Shown here: positions 25,901 through 36,084 of the stretch, piece by piece
Position numbering within the stretch: position 1 is the stretch's first letter
Layout: each line of letters starts with the position of its first letter
Assembly: GCA_950097015.1 (NCBI GenBank)
Contig: CATNEN010000001.1
Span: 22,320,001-22,384,000 of the forward strand
Source of the DNA: Macrostomum hystrix
Lineage: Eukaryota; Animalia; Platyhelminthes
DNA: 64,000 nt
Reading direction: 5' to 3'
Translations under genes and position numbers: made by a program
The notes under the pieces: model-generated
Seen by the model: the letters and a program-made list of their open reading frames with translations, nothing else
Told to the model about the DNA's origin: nothing
Database searches by the model: none

Positions 25901-28900
25901 AGAAAATAGATGCCACGACTAAAGCGCTTGCCTCTCGCGCCAAGGTCCCTGAGTTCGATTCCGCGGCGAGGCCACATTTATTTGAATCGCAGCCGCGGAG
26001 AGAAGGCTCGGTGGTCTGTCGTGCAATTTACGCCACAGTGAGAGTGTACACTGCCTGACGATGAGAAAGTCAGGGCAGATGTACACACCTGTGTGTGCGT
26101 GTGTGCTCAGGAGTCAGCGAAATGGGCAGAATTGCCTCCTCGCTGGCTGCGGGTCTAGTGTCACCAAATGATGTGCCATTGCCCGCAGTCCTCCTGCAAT
26201 TGTTATTTTTATTATTAAGGCCCAGAGGTTAGGGGTTTTAGCCAAGGGAATTCGACTTGTGTCATTGAGTAACCGTTTTTAATTACCACGTAGCTTTAAC
26301 GCACACAGCTGTAAAATTAGGGAGTAATTGTGGCATTCCACGTGTCCACGGACTATACATCTGTACACAGCCTTCGGTTGTACATCCTATAGGACTAGGC
26401 ATAATGTAATATCTTATACGTAGGTTGCAGCTCTTCTGTTACTTAAGGCAGCCACTTTCTCTTGCCTCTCATTTCTCTCAAGAGCTGTTTTGTATACCTA
26501 CTCCATAAGCATCATGAAATATACAGTAGGACTCAAGAGCCAGGTGCTCCATCTTCTCAATCTTCTAGTTCTCGGCCGGCATCCGGCCCTGACAACGGTG
26601 GCCAAGCATAAATCAATGCCAGCACTTGGCTTTCTTTCGTTTTTTCACTCTCTCCAGAGAAAAGACCCAAAACCCGATTATCGACGCTTATAGAACATTG
26701 TTGAATTCCAAGATACTGTAAAAATCTTAAGAGTAGAAATCTTTTACTTACTAGAAAACGTCTTATTTCTCTCACTCACTCACTTCTTAGAAATCGTCTG
26801 ATTCTTAGAAATCTTCTGTTTCTTAGAAATCGTCTGATTCTTAGAAATCGTTTGATTCTTAGAAATCGTCTGATTCTTAGAAATCGTCTGATTCTTAGAA
26901 GTCGTCTGATTCTTAGAAATCGTCTGATTCTTAGAAGTCGTATGACTCTTAGGAATAGTCTAGTTCTTACAAATCGTCTGATTCTAACAAAGTATGATTC
27001 CTAGAAATCGTCTAGTTCTTAGAAATCGTCTAGTTCTTAGAAATCGTCTGATTCTTAGAAATCGTTTAATTCTTAGAGATCGTCTAGTGACTCTAGTCCT
27101 TAGAAATCGACAGATTTTTTCAAATCATCAGATTCTTAGAAATCATCAGATTCTTAGAAATCACCAGATTCTTAGAAATCATCTGATTCTTAGAAATCAT
27201 CATACTCTTAGAGATCGTCTGATTCTTAGAAATCGTATAATTCTTAGAGATCGTCTAGTCCTTAGAAATCGGCCGATTCTTAGAACTCATCAGGCAGATT
27301 CTTAGAAATCATCAGATTCTTAGAAATCGTATAATTCTTAGAAATCGTCTGATTCTTAGAAATCGTCTGATTCTTAGAAATCGTCTGATTCTTAGAGATC
27401 GTCTGATTCTTAGAGATCGTCTGATTCTTAGAGATCGTCTGATTCTTAGAGATCGTCTGATTCTTAGAGATCGTCTGATTCTTAGAAATCGTCTGATTCT
27501 TAGAAATCGTCTGATTCTTAGAAATCGTCTGATTCTTAGAAATCGTCTGATTGCTGATAACCTTCTGATTCTTAGAAATTGTCTGATTCTTAGAAATCGT
27601 CTGATTCTTAAAAATCGTCTGATTCTTAGAAATCGTCTGATTCTTAGAAATCGTCTGATTGCTGATAACCTTCTGATTCTTAGAAATTTTCTGATTCTTA
27701 GAAATCGTCTAGATCTCAATTATTTGAATTTCTTCAACCAGCAAACAAGCGAATTCAAAACTATTTCCAATTCTAAAATAGCCTCTTTTACGAAACTAAC
27801 AAACTTAATAAACAAAACTAGTCCGATATTACAGATCGTTAACACTGGCGAAATTCTGATTACCTGCTAGCTACAAAAAACATAGCCACCGAATGTAAAG
27901 CTACTCAGACCAACTGCAAAGCATTAATTGTACTCACATGCAAAATAATAAGATCTACATGGAGAATGTATTTTCAGTGCCAGTGGAGTGCAAATCGTCA
28001 CTCAAAGAAACTAAAGTTTCTCACACTCTCCCCTGACTTGAAACTAGACCTGCGCTCATATCTAGAAACAGCTGTCAATCATGCTTTATTTGAGTCATAG
28101 TTGAGAAGCATTCGTATAAGACTAGAACTATTAGTTAAACGAAAATTATTGCTAGCAAAGGTAGACTTTATTGTTTAATTAGAACTGAGAATAGCTTTTT
28201 TGAATCGCATACCTGACCGCAGCAGATGCAATAGATTGCTAAATATAGAGTGCTTCAAGGCTAGCAGCAGAAAATATTCTCTATTATTAAGGAGCAGAAG
28301 AATGAGTTCATTGAATATCCTGCGCATAATTTCTCTAAATAGGCCGACCAGTTTGTTTGAAACATGTTTGAACTGCACTGGTGCACACTGTCTGACGATG
28401 TGAATGTGAGCGTATGTGTGAACCAATGCCTGCTTACAGTATCTGTGTGCGTGTGCTCAGGAGTCAGCTGAATGGGGCAGAACTGCCTCCTCGCTGGCTG
28501 TGGGTCTAGTGTCACCAAATGTGTCTATAGTCGGTCTTCTCCCCCTTCAGTCTGTCTTCTCCCCCTTCAGTCTGTCTTCTCCCCTTCGTCAGACTTATCC
28601 CCTTCGTCAGTCTTCTCCCCTTCGTCAGTCTTCTCCCCTTCGTCAGTCTTCTCCCCTTCGTCAGTCTTCTCCCCTTCGTCAGTCTTCTCCCCTTTAGTCT
28701 GTCTTCTCCCCCTTCAGTCTGTCTTCTCCCCCTTCAGTCTGTCTTCTCCCCTTCGTCAGACTTATCCCCTTCGTCAGTCTTCTCCCCTTCGTCAGTCTTC
28801 TCCCCTTCGTCAGTCTTCTCCCCTTTAGTCTGTCTTCTCCACTTCGTCAGTCTTCTCCCCTTTAGTCTGTCTTCTCCCCTTAAGTCTGTCTTCTCCCCCT

Positions 28901-31900
28901 TCAGTCTGTCTTCTCCCCTTCGTCAGTCTTCTCCCCTTTAGTCTGTCTTCTCCCCTTAAGTCTGTCTTCTCCCCCTTCAGTCTGTCTTCTCCCCTTCGTC
29001 AGTCTTCTCCCCTTTAGTCTGTCTTCTCCCCTTCGTCAGTCTTCTCCCCTTCGTCAGTCTTCTCCCCTTTAGTCAGTCTTCTCCCCTTCAGTCTGTCTTC
29101 TCCACTTCGTCAGTCTTCTCCCCTTTAGTCTGCCTTCTCCCCTTCGTCTGTCCTCTCCCCCTTCAGTCTGTCTTCTCCCCCTTCAGTCTGTCTTCTCCCC
29201 CTTCAGTCTGTCTTCTCCCCCCTTCAGTCTGTCGTCTCCCACTTCAGTCTGCCTTCTCCCCTTCAGTCTGTCTTCTCCCCCTTCAGTCTGTCTTCTCCCC
29301 CTTCAGTCTATCTTCTCCCCCTTCAGTCTGTCTTCTCCCCCTTCAGTCTGTCTTCTCCCCCTTCAGTCTGTCTTCTCCCCCTTCAGTCTGTCGTCTCCCA
29401 CTTCAGTCTGCCTTCTCCCCTTCTATCTGTTTTCTTCCCTTCAGTCTGTATTCTCCCCCTTCAGTCTGTCTTCTCCCACTTCAGTCTGCCTTTTCCCATT
29501 TAGTCTGTTTTCTTCCCTTTCAGTCGGTGTCCTTCCCTTATAAGCCATCAGCATTTTCGTTTAAAAATGTCTGCTGGCACCAAATGATGTGACCACAGCC
29601 GTCCCGTAAATTGAAAACTATGATTTAATAAAATCTGGAGTAAGGAGAAAAAAAGACTTTTGCACCAATAGAAGCTAGAAGAACTGATTCAGTCAGGTCA
29701 CGAAAGCAAAGGAAGGAAGTCTAATGGGTCGGATTTGGGACTTGAAACTGCGCCGGCAATAACTGCTGCTAGTTCAGAAACTCTTGCTTAGCCAACACAC
29801 AGGAAGTTGAGAATGAATTGCAAGTTAAATGCGCGTTCAATGATCGATAAAAGTACAAGCTTATACTTTTCTGACATTAAAAAATGTAAGTGTAAATAAG
29901 CCAGAAAACGCGGACAAACTACTCACGAACTGCAGTAGTATCGCCATCTTGGTCATTATCTGCCGAAGCTGTCCATTCCATGGCCGAAGCTGCTAGTTCG
30001 TTGTCGATCATTGAATGCTGAGCCGCATGCTGAACTGACGACATGCCCGATTCTTCCGGTATGGCTGCAAGATGGCAAATGCAGTGAATGCTGTGGTACA
30101 CATAATGACTTTTGTTTAAATACACTCAACTTTTTTGGATTAAATTTAAGCAAATCATAAGCTGCAACGATCTATGACCCTAAACAGAAGACTCATGACC
30201 CTAAACAGACAATCTATGACCCTAAACAGAGGATCTTTGACCCTAAACAGAGGATCAATGACCCTAAACAGAGGATCAATGACCCTAAACATAGGATCTA
30301 TGACCCTAAACAGACAATCTATGACCCTAAACAATCTATGACCCTAAACAGCTCTAGGATCTATGACCCTAAACAGACAATCTTTAACCTTTAAAAGAGG
30401 ATCTATGACCATAAACAGAGGACACATTACCCTAAACAGAGGATCAATGACCCTAAACAGACAATCTATGACCCTAAACAGAGGATCTATGACCCTAAAC
30501 AGACAATCTTTAACCTTTAAAAGAGGATCTATGACCATAAACAGAGGACCCATTACCCTAAACAGAGGATCAATGACCCTAAACAGACAATCTATGACCA
30601 TACACAGAGGATCTATGACCATAAACAGAGGATCAATGACCCTAAACAGACATATATGAACCTAAACAGAGGATCTATGACCCTAAACAGAGTCTATGAC
30701 CCAAAACAGAGTCTATGACCCAAAACAGAGTCTATGACCCAAAACAGAGTCTATGACCCTAAACAGAGTCTATGACCCTAAACAGAGTCTATGACCCTAA
30801 ACAGTGAAACTTTGACCCTAACTTTTAGCGCAGTTTAGTAGTTACTACATTTGGCAACAAAAAAAACGAAACTTAATTTACCTCTCAATTTACTATCTTT
30901 ACCGTGAAGTTGAACAACCATTTGAAGCTAAAAATACTAATAATTAATTATGTCAAATTTAATGAAAACTTCTTCCTCTAAATCAATGGAAAGAATAAAC
31001 TAAACGGATTATCCTTCTGTGCACGCCAACTCTCAGGCTTTTAGCTCGGTGTCAGGCAAGGCCACTGGTTTGGGAATAAGTCCAAGGCCTCATAAATAGT
31101 CACCTATGCAATAGTCTATAGCCTCAGCCGCTAATTACTCTCCCAACGACTCCCCAAAGACCCGAGACGGGATGAGGAGAGAGGGGCGGGATAAGAGGCC
31201 GATGGACAAGTCCAGCAAGGTTGGCTGGGAGAAACAGAGGGATTTAGATAGGGATCAGACGAAGTAAGGTAGATGGCAAGAATTTTGAGCGTAGAAGGGA
31301 GAGAAAACTCGTCGCTGTTCTGTCCTCGCTCCCTGCCTCTCCCTATCCACGTAGCCCCTGCCCGACTCTGTCAGGCGACAATGCGAACGGTTGCCCCTAG
31401 CAACAATGGTGTTAGCAGTCTGCATGCGGACAGGAAGGCCAGGAGAGACGGAGACGGGAGAAAAATTGGAAGGGAGATGGACATGTCCATCACTGGGTGG
31501 GGATCAAACAGGACTTCGAAAAGACAGGTGTGCGTGTGCGCGCTGCAATTGCTGATGGATAGGCGAAAGCAGAATTGCTGCATTAGGGAATGAGAAAAAT
31601 AGGAGAGATATGCTAGTTTTCCTATTGTGATCAAAACAGGAGTGGAACAAACAAGGAGGTAGGTTGGGAGTTTTTGAGCCCCCTAACGATGTTTGGGATG
31701 ATAGCCACGCCCCATCGTGAGAAGAGACTGAGAGGCCTTAACAATTGATGCTCTGAGAACTCAGCCATTTAGAAAAAAAATACTGAATACTTAAATAGTA
31801 CATTGTGCTGAATGCGTACTGCTTAGAACATAGAGTGAACTTATAAAAGAAAAAAATATGTTTTAAAGTGGAGGACACCGACTGAAGGGGGAGAGGAAAA

Positions 31901-34031
31901 ACAGAAGAGGAGGGGAGAAAACTGACTGAAGGGGAGAAGACAGACTGAAGGGGGAGAGGACAGACTAAAAGGAGAGAGGACAGACTGATGGGGGAGAGGA
32001 CAGACTGATGGGGGGAGAGGACAGACAGATGGGGGAGAGGACAGACAGATGGGGGAGAGGACAGACAGATGGGGAGAGGACAGACAGATGGGGGAGAGGA
32101 CAGATAGATGGGGGAGAGGACAGACAGATGGGGAGAGGACAGACTGATGGGGAGAGGACAGACGGATGTAAGCAATGTAAGATTGAAGAAAACAATAAAA
32201 TTATGATTCAAAAGCGGAAGAGAGAAAGCAAGAGAGCAAGGTTATAAAATTTAAGAAGATATATTGTGTTATAAGAAAGATATAAGAAAAGAAAATGTGT
32301 TCAGAAGAATGCATTCACTTTCCAGCTCCTCAGATTAGCTTGAGCTGTATTAAATTTCATAGGCAATGACTATCAGCTACTTAGCAATGCAAGAGAACTA
32401 TTTATTTAGCTCAACTTACCTTTATAATGCTAATAAAAAGAGGTGTTGTAGTGAATTACATCATAAATCAAGGCGTTTTTATTTGATTGAGCATCGTTGT
32501 CAAGCATCATATTTAAGAAATAAAACACTGCGAGATATGTCAACACTCAACATATAAACTCACATTTCGAGTAGAGTCTACTCAACTAACCTATCCGAGT
32601 AGAGTCTACTCAACTCACCTACCCGAGTAGAGTCTACTCAACTAACCTACCCGAGTAGAGTCTACTTAACTAACCTACCCGAGTAGATTCTACTCAACTC
32701 ACCTATCCGAGTAGAGTCTACTCAACTCACCTATCCGAGTAAAGTCTACTCAACTCACCTACCCGAGTAGAGTCTACTCAACTCACGTATCCGAGTAGAG
32801 TCTACTCAACTCACCTACCAGAGTAGAGTCTACTCAACTCACCTACCCGAGTAGAGTCTACTCAACTAACTTATCCGAGTAGAGTCTACTCAACTCACCT
32901 ATCTGAGTAAAGTCTACTCAACTCACCTACCCGAGTAGAGTCTACTCAACTCACCTACCTGAGTAGAGTCTACTCAATTAACCTATCCGAGTAGAGTCTA
33001 CTCAACTCACCTACCAGAGTAGATTCTACTCAACTCACCTACCTGAGTAGAGTCTACTCAACTCACCTATCCGAGTAAAGTCTACTCAACTCACCTATCC
33101 GAGTAGAGTCTACTCAACTAACCTATCCGAGTAGAGTCTACTCAACTAACCTATCCGAGTAGAGTTTACTCAACTAACCTATCCGACTAGAGTCTACTTA
33201 ACTAACCTACCCGAGTAGAGTCTACTCAACACACCTATCCGAGTAGAGTCTACTCAACTCACCTATCCGAGTAAAGTCTACTCAACTCACCTACGAGAGT
33301 AGAGTCTACTCGACTCACCTACCCGAGTAGAGTCTACTCAACTAACCTATCCGAGTAGAGTCTACTCAACTCACCTATCTGAGTAAAGTCTACTCAACTC
33401 ACCTACCTGAGTAGAGTCTACTCAATTAACCTATCCGAGTAGAGTCTACTCAACTCACCTACCAGAGTAGAGTCTACTCAACTCACCTATCCGAGTAAAG
33501 TCTACTCAACTCACCTATCCGAGTAGAGTCTACTCAACTCACCTACCCGAGTAGAGTCTACTTAACTAACCTACCCGAGTAGATTCTACTCAACTCACCT
33601 ATCCGAGTAGAGTCTACTCAACTCACCTACCCGAGTAGAGTCTACTCAACTCACCTATCCGAGTAGAGTCTACTCAACTCACCTACCCGAGTAGAGTCTA
33701 CTCAACTAACCTACTCGAGTACAGTCTACTCAATTAACCTATCCGAGTAGAGTCTACTCAACTCGACTATCCGAGTAGAGTCTACTCAACTCACCTATCC
33801 GAGTAGAGTCTACTCAACTCACCTACCCGAGTACACGAAATCTCAGAACAAAATCAATAACCAACCTGCTATGCTGCGGTGGTAATAGAACACAAAAGAG
33901 CCGGGTGATGAGCAGCCAGACACTGAAGAGTTCTCACTGCTACTGCTAGGATTGTCTGCATCTATGCAGGCGGCTGAACCTGTGGACAGATTGTCCACAT
34001 TAATGTCCAAATCCAACAAGCAATTCGACAT
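13433..34031 (-). CDS. MAP7/ensconsin-like microtubule-associated protein; exons 33866-34031, 29927-30064, 24263-24712, 23512-23583, 19276-19443, 17936-18249, 17368-17442, 15992-16558, 14407-14915, 13433-13907 (~977 aa with all exons)
   Basis: N-terminal E/R coiled coil followed by FAFGSSTPR (ensconsin-type motif), and a second coiled coil ending ERRERRRKLESIMHRVK (MAP7 kinesin-binding-domain-like). All nine junctions are GT-AG and phase-compatible; total 2934 nt. Confidence 0.8.
14040..14360. repeat. Minisatellite, 20 bp CTACCAGTTGTCTCCCTTAT
   Basis: MAP7 intron I-J. Confidence 0.9.
14407..14915 (-). CDS. MAP7-like exon I (KLESIMHRVK)
   Basis: GTCAG| acceptor, AG|GTAAGT donor (phase 2). 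Confidence 0.85.
15031..15935. repeat. Minisatellite, 28 bp CAAAATCTCATCCCTCAAAATCCTGTTT
   Basis: MAP7 intron H-I. Confidence 0.95.
15992..16558 (-). CDS. MAP7-like exon H (Pro-rich region plus C-terminal coiled coil)
   Basis: GCAG| acceptor, GCG|GTGAGC donor. Confidence 0.85.
16600..16980. repeat. Degenerate tandem CGTTACTTTT-rich repeat in MAP7 intron G-H
   Basis: Repeated TCGTTACTTTTTACTAATCGTTACTTTGTACAATTCG. Confidence 0.6.
17368..17442 (-). CDS. MAP7-like putative cassette exon G (75 nt)
   Basis: TACAG| and AAG|GTTTGT, phase 0-0, open frame NRVNHRPAYGSSTNPPVLVKKPVLK. Confidence 0.5.
17615..17880. repeat. Degenerate ~31 bp repeat GGTCATAACCACAAAAACCAGTCATTTGATT
   Basis: MAP7 intron F-G. 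Confidence 0.8.
17936..18249 (-). CDS. MAP7-like exon F
   Basis: TTCTCAG| acceptor, ATG|GTGAGC donor. Confidence 0.8.
18577..19268. repeat. Minisatellite, 20 bp CTCAATCTCCCACTCTCCCT
   Basis: MAP7 intron E-F, abuts the donor. Confidence 0.95.
19276..19443 (-). CDS. MAP7-like exon E (168 nt)
   Basis: CTAATTTGCAG| acceptor, G|GTGAGT donor. Confidence 0.75.
19790..20853. repeat. Minisatellite, 20 bp ATATCCCTCTCCTCTTCCTA
   Basis: MAP7 intron D-E. Confidence 0.95.
21410..22000. repeat. Minisatellite, 28 bp CTCCAAAATCTCACCCTAAGGACACAGA
   Basis: MAP7 intron D-E. Confidence 0.93.
22451..23322. repeat. Minisatellite, 15 bp GATCTATAGGGATCT
   Basis: MAP7 intron D-E. Confidence 0.95.
23512..23583 (-). 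CDS. MAP7-like putative cassette exon D (72 nt)
   Basis: GC-rich island, GCAG| and G|GTAAAT, phase 1-1, open frame VCPRLLRVYPKAALRLPSPPPFLR. Confidence 0.5.
23770..24230. repeat. Degenerate purine-rich repeat (GGGATTAGRAAGAGG-like)
   Basis: MAP7 intron C-D; loosely the reverse complement of the 19.8-kb array. Confidence 0.7.
24263..24712 (-). CDS. MAP7-like exon C (coiled-coil microtubule-binding region plus FAFGSSTPR)
   Basis: CGCAG| acceptor, G|GTGAGT donor. Confidence 0.88.
24721..25270. repeat. Minisatellite, 12 bp AGTGTGGGGTTY
   Basis: Abuts the exon C acceptor. Confidence 0.95.
25920..26215 (+). mobile_element. tRNA-derived SINE, 5'-truncated copy
   Basis: GCCTCTCGCGCCAAGGTCCCTGAGTTCGATTCC...GTCACCAAATGATGTGCCATTGCCCGCAG matches the 40.5-kb copy; A box missing. 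Confidence 0.8.
26785..27715. repeat. Minisatellite, 18 bp GATTCTTAGAAATCGTCT
   Basis: Quasi-palindromic unit, MAP7 intron B-C. Confidence 0.95.
28380..28521 (+). mobile_element. SINE 3' fragment interrupted by a minisatellite block
   Basis: CAGTATCTGTGTGCGTGTGCTCAGGAGTCAGC..GGGTCTAGTGTCACCAAATG matches the other copies; appears to resume at 29578. Confidence 0.7.
28533..29533. repeat. Minisatellite, 18-20 bp CTTCAGTCTGTCTTCTCCCC
   Basis: MAP7 intron B-C; same family inverted at 31.9 kb and 34.7 kb. Confidence 0.95.
29927..30064 (-). CDS. MAP7-like exon B (138 nt, phase 1-1)
   Basis: TTGCAG| acceptor, C|GTGAGT donor, open frame. Confidence 0.7.
30171..30820. repeat. Minisatellite, 21/19 bp TCTATGACCCTAAACAGAGGA
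   Basis: MAP7 intron A-B. Confidence 0.93.
31872..32165. repeat. Minisatellite, ~20 bp GGGGGAGAGGACAGACWGAT
   Basis: Inverted relative of the 28.5-kb array. Confidence 0.9.
32568..33833. repeat. Minisatellite, 28 bp CGAGTAGAGTCTACTCAACTCACCTATC
   Basis: ~45 copies with internal palindrome GAGTAGA-G-TCTACTC. Confidence 0.97.
33866..34031 (-). CDS. MAP7-like putative first coding exon (A)
   Basis: ATG at 34031; donor G|GTTGGT (phase 1) matches the next acceptor. Confidence 0.5.
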
Positions 34032-34654
34032 GCTAGATCTAAACCTAATTTATCTGCAGCTTTTTTTCTGCTAGCTCAAATAGAATTTCCTAGAATAGTA
34101 GAAATACTAATGCTTTATGAGTTAGCGGGACACAATATATAGCGACTATAACAGTCCTGCTGAGTTCGGATTGGATGCGAAAAATAATAACGAAGTTTGC
34201 CTCGCAATTTACCTAGCATAAATGAGCTTGAGCACACGAGAGGAGGAGAGAGCAACACACGACGATGTGAAAGTGTTTGTATGAGTTTGTATTTGAGTTC
34301 GGGTGTGTATGTGCAAAAATTTAATTCTATTTTTGGTACTTTAATTAGTCTATTCAGCTCTTGTTTAAGCTTCATTGGACTGTAAACTGTGGTTTAACAA
34401 AAGCGCGAAATTGTTGGTACAATTAGTCATAAACGGATTGTCCCTATGTCTGTCTAGACTCTAGACTCTAGCTGCTGATAGCCTGCTATTGTAATGTACT
34501 ATTATTAGAAACATTATAATACAGAAAAACTGACCAAAGTACAAGACATACACAAACTTAAAGCGGAAACAAAGAACATAATAAGAAAATAGACTTTGGC
34601 GAAAAAAAGATGGTGAGAATTGATGGTGAGAAAAGAGACTGATGGGGAAGCAGA

Positions 34655-35090
34655 ATGACTAAAGGGGAGAAGACAGGCTAGAGGGGAGAAGACAGACTAG
34701 AGGGGAGAAGACAGACTAGAGAGGAGAAGACAGACTAGAGGGAAGAAGACAGAATGAAAGGAAAAAACGGACTAAAGGGGAGAAGGCAGACTAACGGGGA
34801 GAAGACAGAATGAAAGGAAGGAGACAGACTGAATGGGAGAGGACAGACTAAAAGGGAGAAGGCAGACTAAAGGGAAGAAGACAGACTAAAAGGGAGAAGG
34901 CAGACTAAAGGGGAGAAGACAGACTAAAAGGGAGAAGGCAGACTAAAGGGGAGAAGACAGACTGAAGAGAAGAAGACAGACTGAAGGGGAGAAGGCAGAC
35001 TGAAGAGAAGAAGACAGACTGAAGGGAAGAAGACAGACTGAATGGGAGAGGACAGACTAAAGGGGAGAAGACAGACTAACAGGGAGAAGA
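34655..35090. repeat. Minisatellite, 20 bp GGGGAGAAGACAGACTRAAG
   Basis: Third copy of the 28.5/31.9-kb family. Confidence 0.9.
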
Positions 35091-35372
35091 TGGTAAACCT
35101 TACCTAATAGTTGATAACATTTTAGTTCCATGCAGCCATGCCATGCGGCTGAGTATGTTAATGCTAGTCTGCTACATATAATTTACTATTTTTAGAATCG
35201 CTAATGACACTACAGAATTCGCACAGAAGACAAATACAAAGCGGAAACTGCGCACTGCATGCGTAGTGCGCAGTAAGTAAGTACTAAATAGTAGTTAGTA
35301 CTTACTCCATGAGCCATTCGAACCGCAAGAAAAATTATGAAATAACCTAGCTACGACCTTTCGCGTAAATAT

Positions 35373-35985
35373 GGGAGAGATGAGACACGGGAGAGATGAG
35401 ACACTGGAGAGATGAGACACGGGAGAGATGAGACACGGGAGAGATGAGACACGGGAGAGATGAGACACGGGAGAGATGAGACACTGGAGAGATGAGACAC
35501 GGGAGAGATGAGACACGGGAGAGATGAGACACGGGAGAGATGAGACACGGGAGAGATGAGACACGGGAGAGATTAGACACGGGAGAGATGAGACACGGGA
35601 GAGATGAGACACTGGAGAGATGAGACACAAGAGAGATGAGACACGGGAGAGATGAGACACTGGAGAGATGAGACACAAGAGAGATGAGACACGGGAGAGA
35701 TGAGACACGGGAGAGATGAGACACGGGAGAGATTAGACACGGGAGAGATGAGACACGGGAGAGATGAGACACGGGAGAGATGAGACACTGGAGAGATGAG
35801 ACAATGGAGAGATGGGGCACTGGAGAGACGAGACACAGGAGAGACGAGGCACACGAGAGACGAGACACACGAGAGACAAGACACACGAGAGACGAGACAC
35901 AGGACAGACGAGACACATGAGAGATTAAAAACAGAAGAGACGAGACACAGGAGATATGAGACGAGACCGAGGAGAGACGAGACAG
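35373..35985. repeat. Minisatellite, 16 bp GGGAGAGATGAGACAC
   Basis: Same unit as 53270-53539; followed by the MITE right end. Confidence 0.95.
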
Positions 35986-36009
35986 ATACTGTAGCTGGCG
36001 GAAGGGGCA

Positions 36010-36084
36010 ACAGGCCGGATTTGGGAGCTTCAAGGGGTGCATCTGGCCCACGGGACAGAGTTCGCCGACCCCCTTGCTCTAGAA
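36010..36084 (+). mobile_element. hAT/Charlie (MER58-like) MITE right end
   Basis: GGCCGGATTTGG..TGGCCCACGGG..GTTCGCCGACCCCCTTG followed by CTCTAGAA, a typical Charlie-type target. Confidence 0.6.

Noticed and set aside
32568-33833. CRISPR-like palindromic 28-bp repeats
   Set aside because: No unique spacers, no cas genes, located in a eukaryotic intron
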